From: Acidaminococcales bacterium
Lineage (GTDB): Bacteria > Bacillota > Negativicutes > Acidaminococcales > JAISLQ01
Length of the DNA stretch: 64,000 nt
Reading direction: 5' to 3'
Assembly (NCBI GenBank): GCA_031290885.1
Contig: JAISLQ010000075.1
Coordinates: forward strand, 41,670-105,669
Part shown: positions 57,995 to 64,000 of the stretch, in pieces
Layout: each line of letters begins with the position of its first letter
Numbering within the stretch: the stretch's first letter is position 1
Program-made: the position numbers and the translations under genes
Notes under the pieces: model-generated
Told to the model about the DNA's origin: nothing
Seen by the model: the letters and a program-made list of their open reading frames with translations, nothing else
Databases searched by the model: none

Positions 57995-58681
57995 ATGCGG
58001 GGGACGATAATCAACGCCGCCAGCATCGTCGGCGGCGGCATGCTGGGTTTGTTTTTGAAAAAAGGCATTCCGGAAAGCTGCCAGCAGACCATAATGCGGG
58101 GAATAGGCTTGGTGATCATTGTTATCGGCGGGCAAATGGCCTTGAAGGGCGACATGCTCGTCATGCTCAGCAGCGTGGCCGTGGGCGGCCTGGCCGGGGA
58201 ATTTCTGGCGCTTGACCGGCGGCTGGCGGCAGCCGCCGGCTGGCTGTCAAAAATGGCGCCCAGCTGCGGCGGCACGGACAAACAGGCGTTGGGCAAAGGA
58301 TTCATAACGGCTACGTTAGTATATTGCGTGGGTTCCATGGGCGTTGTCGGCAGCATACAGGATGGGCTGACGGGCGATGCCGGCATACTTTTTGTCAAGG
58401 CCATGCTGGATGGGATAACCGCCGTTTTTTTTGCTTCCACTTTGGGCGCGGGCGTACTTTTTGCCGCCTTGCCGGTCTTTTTGTATCAGGGGGCGATAAC
58501 CGTTATGGCCGGTTTTTTGTCCGGCGTGCTGGCGCAGGAAGTAATTGCCGAAGTAAACGCCGCCGGCGGCGTGCTGGTCATGGGGATAGCCTTTGCCCTG
58601 CTGGGCGTCTGTGAGATAAAGATCGCCAATCTTTTGCCCGCGCTGCTTTTTGCGGCGGTTATCGCGGCGATTTGCCATTAA
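57995..58681 (+). CDS. DUF554 family membrane protein
   Basis: 228 aa, polytopic. The N-terminus MRGTIINAASIVGGGMLG is typical of DUF554/YdfK-like proteins. Confidence 0.65.
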   Translation: MRGTIINAASIVGGGMLGLFLKKGIPESCQQTIMRGIGLVIIVIGGQMALKGDMLVMLSSVAVGGLAGEFLALDRRLAAAAGWLSKMAPSCGGTDKQALGKGFITATLVYCVGSMGVVGSIQDGLTGDAGILFVKAMLDGITAVFFASTLGAGVLFAALPVFLYQGAITVMAGFLSGVLAQEVIAEVNAAGGVLVMGIAFALLGVCEIKIANLLPALLFAAVIAAICH

Positions 58682-58948
58682 GGAACTTCTGATAACGGTT
58701 TGCGGTGCCGCGCCGAATTTGCGCCTTACGGGGCAACCTCGCCACTTAGCGGCCTTTGCGCAGACAAAAGGCGCTTGCGCCAGAGCGGACAGCCGGCAGT
58801 AAAATTTTGCGCGCCTGCGGCTGCAAAAAAACGCTGCTGCCTGACCAGGCGAAAAACCTTTTGACGCCGCATCCGCCGGCAATTATCAGAAATGCCCTAT
58901 GGTCTGAGGTTGCGCAAAAAACATCCCGCCGCGCCCAAGGAGAAGTTT

Positions 58949-60004
58949 ATGTATTTGAACAAAAGCAAAGCGGACAGCGTCCAGGAAGCCATAAACGGTT
59001 GGGAAGAAAGCGGCGACTTGGACAAAGAAACCGCCGGCAGGCTGCGCGCAACCATCCAAATAGCCTCTTTTGATTGGAAACGGCTGGCTGCCTGGGGATT
59101 TTATTTTGCCATAGCCTGCTTCGCCGCCTCGGCGGCCGCGCTCGTCGCCGCCCCTTGGTTTGTCCTCTTTTTGCGGGAAATTTTTCAAAGTGACTTTGGC
59201 CGGCTTGTCTTGAGCGCATCTCTTTCCGCAGTTCTTTATTTTTATGCTTTTAAACTGCGGCAGAGACGGCCTGAACGCGTTTATTTAAACCAGGCGGCGC
59301 TTTTTCTGGCTGTCCTGGCCAACGCTTGGGCGGTGGGGGAGACGGGGATTTTTTTCAGCAAGGGCAGCGGCCATTTTTCCTTGCTCTTTCTTTTATCCTG
59401 CATTATTTATGCTTTGATCGGTTATTTCGGCAAAGCGAGGTTGGTCTGGATTTTCGCGCTGCTTTCTTTCGGGGCGTGGATGGGGGCGGAAACCGGCTAT
59501 GTTTCAGGCTGGGGCGCTTATTATCTGGGCATGAACTATCCCTTGCGCTTTACCCTGCTCGGCCTGCTGCTGACGGGGACGAGCCTTTGTCTGCGCCGGG
59601 ACGCTAAGTTCAGCTTATTTTTCCCCGTTACCCTTTCTGTCAGCCTGCTTTATCTTTTCCTTTCCCTCTGGCTGTTGTCCATTTTCGGCAATTATGCCTA
59701 CGATGCTTGGCAGCGCGTCAGGCAGATAGAACTTTTTCACTGGTCGCTGCTTTTTGCCGCCGCCGCCGCCGCGTCCTTCGGCCTGGGGCTGAAAATGGAC
59801 ATTCGCATGCTGCGCGGCTACGGCCTTGTGTTTTTGGCCATCAATCTTTACACCAGGTTTTTCGAATATTTTTGGGACGCTTTGGACAAGGCGCTGTTTT
59901 TTGCTTTGCTGGGCCTTTCCCTTTGGCTTTTGGCCAAAAGATCGGAAAACTTGTGGCTGGAAGCGGAAAAGCAGTTCGGGCGGCTGCTGGACAAATACGA
60001 ATGA
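58949..60004 (+). CDS. polytopic membrane protein (DUF2157-like)
   Basis: The ATG follows AAGGAG. A soluble N-terminal segment is followed by about 9 TM helices; the family assignment is tentative. Confidence 0.45.
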   Translation: MYLNKSKADSVQEAINGWEESGDLDKETAGRLRATIQIASFDWKRLAAWGFYFAIACFAASAAALVAAPWFVLFLREIFQSDFGRLVLSASLSAVLYFYAFKLRQRRPERVYLNQAALFLAVLANAWAVGETGIFFSKGSGHFSLLFLLSCIIYALIGYFGKARLVWIFALLSFGAWMGAETGYVSGWGAYYLGMNYPLRFTLLGLLLTGTSLCLRRDAKFSLFFPVTLSVSLLYLFLSLWLLSIFGNYAYDAWQRVRQIELFHWSLLFAAAAAASFGLGLKMDIRMLRGYGLVFLAINLYTRFFEYFWDALDKALFFALLGLSLWLLAKRSENLWLEAEKQFGRLLDKYE

Positions 60005-60091
60005 CGGTGGAAACCCTTTGCCTCGGGGAAATCCTTAACCTTGCCAACGCCGGGGGCAAAAATTTTTAAGAAAGAAGGAACAAGGAAAATA

Positions 60092-60586
60092 ATGGAAGCG
60101 CTATTTGGCGCGGCAGGCATATCCCAGCCTGCCGCCGCAGTTTTGGCCGTAGTCGTGGCCGCAGCGTTGGTTGCTGTCGCCTACCAGGCTTTTCTTCTCC
60201 GGCGGTTGAGCGCCCGCTATGACGCGCTGATGCGCGACGTCGGCGGAAAAAGCCTGGAAGAGATGGTACTCGGGCGCCTGGAGCAAGTACAAAAAGTGCA
60301 AAACGACATGGCTTTGCTGAACAACCGCTATTGGCAAATGGGCGAGCAATTAGCCAAATGCGTCCAAAAAGTCAGCGTTGTGCGTTTTAGCGCCTTTGAC
60401 GGCACCGGCAGCGACTTGAGTTTCGCCATAGCTTTTTTGGACGGAAAAAATGACGGGGTGGTTTTTTCCAGCATCTACGGCCGCAATGAAGGCCGATGCT
60501 ACGCAAAGCCGGTCAATCAGGGGCAATCGACCTATGCTTTGTCGGATGAGGAAAAAAGGGCGATTGAATTATGCAAAAAAAATTAA
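60092..60586 (+). CDS. DUF4446 family protein
   Basis: An N-terminal TM segment, a coiled coil and then VVRFSAFDGTGSDLSFAIAFLD. It occupies the usual position downstream of parB in Bacillota. Confidence 0.65.
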   Translation: MEALFGAAGISQPAAAVLAVVVAAALVAVAYQAFLLRRLSARYDALMRDVGGKSLEEMVLGRLEQVQKVQNDMALLNNRYWQMGEQLAKCVQKVSVVRFSAFDGTGSDLSFAIAFLDGKNDGVVFSSIYGRNEGRCYAKPVNQGQSTYALSDEEKRAIELCKKN

Positions 60587-60763
60587 CAGATTAAAAAGGA
60601 TTTGCAAAATTTTTGGCGAAATTAACGAAACAGCGGGTTTTCGACAAATGGCGGCGAGTTGCAACTGATCCGCCGCGCAACATAGAGGCGGGTTTAACAG
60701 GGCAGCTTGGTTCGGCGGCAAAAATCTTGAAACAAAGATTTTTGCCCAGCAAAGAAACGACGA

Positions 60764-61717
60764 TTGCGGCTGGCAAAGGTGATAATTAAAGTGGTAGGCA
60801 AACAGCGAAAAACATTGGACAAGCGCGCATATACTTTTATGTTCATTCCGCATCGGGGAACAAAGACCCGTAGTTTCAGTCTGCCAATAATGACGGTGAA
60901 GCGTATTGGGGCGGCTCTTTTTTGTGCGCTTTTATTTTTCGGGGGGCTGCAGGCCAAACATATGCTGACAGTCTGGCAGGCGCAGGCGGAGCGGGAGGAA
61001 CTGGCGCATCTGCGCTCGAACAAGGAGAGCTTGGAGGAAAAGGTCAGCAATCTCTCCCGCCTGACACGGGAAATGCAGGAGGAGATGCATAAAGTAACCC
61101 AGCTGGAAAGCGAAGTGCGCCGTTCTTTGGGCACGGAAGGCGCCGCCAATGTTTCCCGTTCGGCCGCCGGACGCGGAAATTTAATGACAGCGCGGCCTGC
61201 GGCGGAAATTGATCATACCGACATAGACGGACTTGCCCAAAGGGTAAGGGAAATATACGCTTTTGCCAGGCAAAAACAGGTGGCGCTCGCCCAACTGGAC
61301 GCTCAGTTGAAAGAGCGCAATGCCAGGAGGGCGGCAACCCCTTCCGGCTGGCCGGCTTACGGCGAGGTAACGTCAAGGTTTGGCCGGAGAAATTCGCCGA
61401 GCGGCATGGGCAGCAGCATGCACAAAGGGCTCGACATCGCGGGCGGCTATGGTTCGCCGGTTGTCGCGACGGCGGACGGCGTAGTGGAAATGGCTTCCTA
61501 CCATTACGGATACGGCCTTTATGTGCGGATAAATCACGGTTACGGGCTGCAGACGGCCTACGGGCACAATTCCGGCCTGGCGGTGGGCGTAGGCCAAAAA
61601 GTAAAAAAAGGTCAGGTTATCGCCTATATGGGCAGTTCCGGCGTAAGTACCGGCACCCACCTGCATTATGAAGTAATCCGAAACGGCGTCCAGGTGGATC
61701 CCGCCAATTTTCTCTGA
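60764..61717 (+). CDS. M23 family metallopeptidase
   Basis: HKGLDIAG ... GSSGVSTGTHLHYEV (HxxxD / HxH motifs). The start is uncertain, with alternative GTGs a few codons in. Confidence 0.85.
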   Translation: MRLAKVIIKVVGKQRKTLDKRAYTFMFIPHRGTKTRSFSLPIMTVKRIGAALFCALLFFGGLQAKHMLTVWQAQAEREELAHLRSNKESLEEKVSNLSRLTREMQEEMHKVTQLESEVRRSLGTEGAANVSRSAAGRGNLMTARPAAEIDHTDIDGLAQRVREIYAFARQKQVALAQLDAQLKERNARRAATPSGWPAYGEVTSRFGRRNSPSGMGSSMHKGLDIAGGYGSPVVATADGVVEMASYHYGYGLYVRINHGYGLQTAYGHNSGLAVGVGQKVKKGQVIAYMGSSGVSTGTHLHYEVIRNGVQVDPANFL

Positions 61718-61910
61718 TCGGAAAAGGCAGATTTCCCCGGCGGCCGCGCCGCCTGTTTGAAAAGTGAAAAGCGCGGCCGGTTGGGGGTTTCGCCTGTTCT
61801 GCGAGGCTCCTTTGGTACATTCGGCAAAGGCCTTTGCCGCACGCGGTTGAGTTTGCGCGGGGCACAGGGCAGTTTGGGTTCAGCAATGAAGAGTGTCAGG
61901 AGGTGGTCAA

Positions 61911-62318
61911 GTGTTCGGTTCAAGCAAAAAATCTGTTGTAAATACTTCCGCCGGGCCTTCCGGCAACGTTGAAACATTGATTGGAAAAACTACGTCATTG
62001 AACGGCGTTTTAAATTCTGACGGTTCGGTGCGGGTAGAGGGTATGTTTGAGGGGCAGATCACTGCCAAAGGGGACATTTTCATCGGGCCCGACAGCCGGA
62101 TAAAGGCGGAGATCAACGGCCGCAACGTAACCATTTCCGGCACGGTCACCGGCAATGTAAGCGTAAACGAAAAACTGGAATTGCTGGCGGGCGCTACATT
62201 GAACGGCGACATAAAAGTGAAAAAACTGGTAATCGAAGAAGGCGCAGTCTTTAAAGGCATAAGCGAAACAAAAAATGAAATCGCCAAACCGATGGCATCC
62301 GTCACGCCGGCAAAATGA
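61911..62318 (+). CDS. bactofilin
   Basis: A GTG 7 nt after AGGAGG. The repetitive beta-helix sequence (GSVRVEGMFEGQITAKGDIFIG...ISGTVTGNVSV...LNGDIKVKKLVIEEGAVFKG) is characteristic of DUF583/bactofilin. Confidence 0.85.
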   Translation: MFGSSKKSVVNTSAGPSGNVETLIGKTTSLNGVLNSDGSVRVEGMFEGQITAKGDIFIGPDSRIKAEINGRNVTISGTVTGNVSVNEKLELLAGATLNGDIKVKKLVIEEGAVFKGISETKNEIAKPMASVTPAK

Positions 62319-62541
62319 GCGCCCCCCTGCTTTTGTTTGCATGGTTTGTCGCGGCGGGGCTTTTTTCTCTGACATAACGGCAACAGCCCGGCAGTCGCCG
62401 GCGCGCAAAGACGCATTGCCGGTTCTCTATGGGGGCAAGGCGGCTTTTCCGCAGGTTGCGGCAGATAGAGCGGCCGGCGGCGTCCGAACGGAAAAAGGTT
62501 CATCGCCGCGCCGCAATGGATTGTTAGCGGTCCCCTTGCGA

Positions 62542-62594
62542 ACAGGCGGCTCTTGCGGCGGTCTATTCTATCCGCCGCAAGAGCCGCCTGTTTT
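62542..62594 (+). terminator. very strong hairpin (20-bp perfect stem) plus TTTT
   Basis: ACAGGCGGCTCTTGCGGCGG-TCTATTCTAT-CCGCCGCAAGAGCCGCCTGT followed by TTTTG. Confidence 0.6.
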
Positions 62595-62793
62595 GTCTGT
62601 GCCACTCGGCCGCCGGGCCGCGGGAGAAGCTTGTGCCGCGCCCGCGGGCTTCCGGCGCAGCAAATGTTTCCCTGCCGCGCGCTTTGCGCGGCAAAATGCC
62701 GGCGCCGGGGCTATGCTAAACGGCATTTTCACGCTCGCGTGCCGGCGAAACGATTGAAGGGAACTTCCGATAAGCGCCAAAGGAGGATTTTTC

Positions 62794-63714
62794 ATGGCAA
62801 AATTCACGGTAGCCGCCCTGCAAATGGGTTCCGCGCCGGAGGGCAAGGGCCGGACGCTGGAGAAAATTTTATCTTTTGAAGACGAAATCAAAAAGAGCGG
62901 GGCGGCGGTGGTAGTGCTGCCGGAAGCGCTGCTCGGCGGTTATCCCAAAGGCAGCCTTTTCGGCGCGTATCTCGGATACCGCCTGCCGGCGGGCAGGGAA
63001 ATGTTCGCCGCCTATTACGGCAACGCCATAGACGTGCCGGGGCCGGAAACTGCGGAATTGGCCGGACTGTCCCAACGGACGGGGGCGAGCTTGGTAACGG
63101 GCGCCATCGAACGGGACGGTTACACTCTTTATTGCTCGGCGCTGTTTTTTACGCCGGAAGGCGTTTTGGCAAAACACCGCAAACTCATGCCCACCGGAAC
63201 CGAAAGGCTGATCTGGGGGCAGGGCGACGGTTCCACCCTGACGGTTGTGCAAAGCAAGGCGGGCAAGCTCGGCGCGGCTATTTGCTGGGAAAATTACATG
63301 CCGCTCCTGCGCATGGCGATGTACGCCAAAGGGGTGGAAATCTGGTGCGCTCCCACGGTAGACGCCCGGGAAAGCTGGCAGGCGTCCATGCGCCATATTG
63401 CTTGCGAAGGGCGCTGTTTTCTCGTCAGCGCTTGCCAGGCGCAGCCTTCCCCCCGCGACCTCGGGGCGGAAGTTCCCGGCTGGCCGCCGGATCAGCCGCT
63501 GATGCGCGGAAACAGCATTATCGTCAACCCTTACGGGGAGATCATCGGCGGGCCACTCCAGGACGAAACAGGGCTTGTCACGGCCGCCGTCGACACCGAA
63601 GAACTGGCCAGGGCCAGATACGACCTGGACGTGGCGGGCCATTACGCGCGCCCGGACGTTTTCGCCTTGTCGGTAGACGAGCGGGCAAAAAAGGGCGTGG
63701 ATTTTCAAAGCTGA
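62794..63714 (+). CDS. nitrilase/carbon-nitrogen hydrolase family protein
   Basis: 306 aa with LPEA (Glu), HRKLMPT (Lys) and AAICWEN (Cys) catalytic-triad motifs. Confidence 0.85.
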   Translation: MAKFTVAALQMGSAPEGKGRTLEKILSFEDEIKKSGAAVVVLPEALLGGYPKGSLFGAYLGYRLPAGREMFAAYYGNAIDVPGPETAELAGLSQRTGASLVTGAIERDGYTLYCSALFFTPEGVLAKHRKLMPTGTERLIWGQGDGSTLTVVQSKAGKLGAAICWENYMPLLRMAMYAKGVEIWCAPTVDARESWQASMRHIACEGRCFLVSACQAQPSPRDLGAEVPGWPPDQPLMRGNSIIVNPYGEIIGGPLQDETGLVTAAVDTEELARARYDLDVAGHYARPDVFALSVDERAKKGVDFQS

Positions 63715-64000
63715 CCATCCCCGCGCCTAAAAGCGGGAAATTGCCGCGAGGGAAGCCTTTCGCGCAGAGAAAAACAAAAAATCAAGGCCGATGGCGCCTT
63801 GCAAAACAAAAGCGGAACCCGCCTTTTTTGGGGACAGAAAACAAACAGCGGATTCTCATGGGGCCAAGGCAAACTTGCCGCTTAAAGCGGCGGCAGGCGG
63901 CTATCACGGCCGCGGGGCGTGGCATGGGGGAGTTTGCGCAGGGATTGGCCGGCGCAAAACGCAGGCGGCACCGTAGCTTCGGCGAGGCTTTAGGGCAAAG

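Overview
This window covers the replication-origin region of a high-G+C Bacillota-type chromosome. The exact taxon cannot be determined from the sequence, though an AsmA-like gene hints at a diderm, Negativicutes-like lineage. Gene orientation switches at the origin. Core genes to the left run on the minus strand: tig-clpP-clpX-lon-engB-AbrB-like-valS-folC, then gyrB-remB-DUF721-recF-dnaN-dnaA. Core genes to the right run on the plus strand: rpmH-rnpA-yidD-yidC-jag-mnmE-mnmG-rsmG-noc-parA-parB-DUF554-DUF2157-DUF4446-M23 peptidase-bactofilin-nitrilase. A cluster of four TTATCAACA-type DnaA boxes plus an AT-rich stretch lies in the dnaA-dnaN spacer. Two visibly AT-richer accessory insertions stand out. 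The first is a 2-kb type II R-M cassette (SfiI-like PD-DxK nuclease plus an SPPY beta-class methyltransferase with an internal HTH). It is bracketed by 57-bp direct repeats that begin at the 3' end of tRNA-Ser(GGA), and it is followed by an orphan Dcm-type C5 methyltransferase with a truncated nuclease remnant. The second is a roughly 10-kb island wedged between dnaA and rpmH. It carries a PC4/YdbC-like gene, a dead DDE transposase, an XRE-hsdM-hsdS-hsdR type I R-M operon and an Lsa-like ABC-F ribosome-protection gene with a terminator/antiterminator leader. It is bracketed by a decayed duplicate of the rpmH promoter region. I found no CRISPR array, rRNA, reverse transcriptase or clearly novel multi-gene system. 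The most unusual single gene is a 711-aa FtsA/actin-fold ATPase carrying about six ThiS-like beta-grasp repeats. Many long ORFs in the supplied track are GC-driven shadow frames opposite conserved genes and were not called. All family assignments come from motif recognition by eye; no searches were run.
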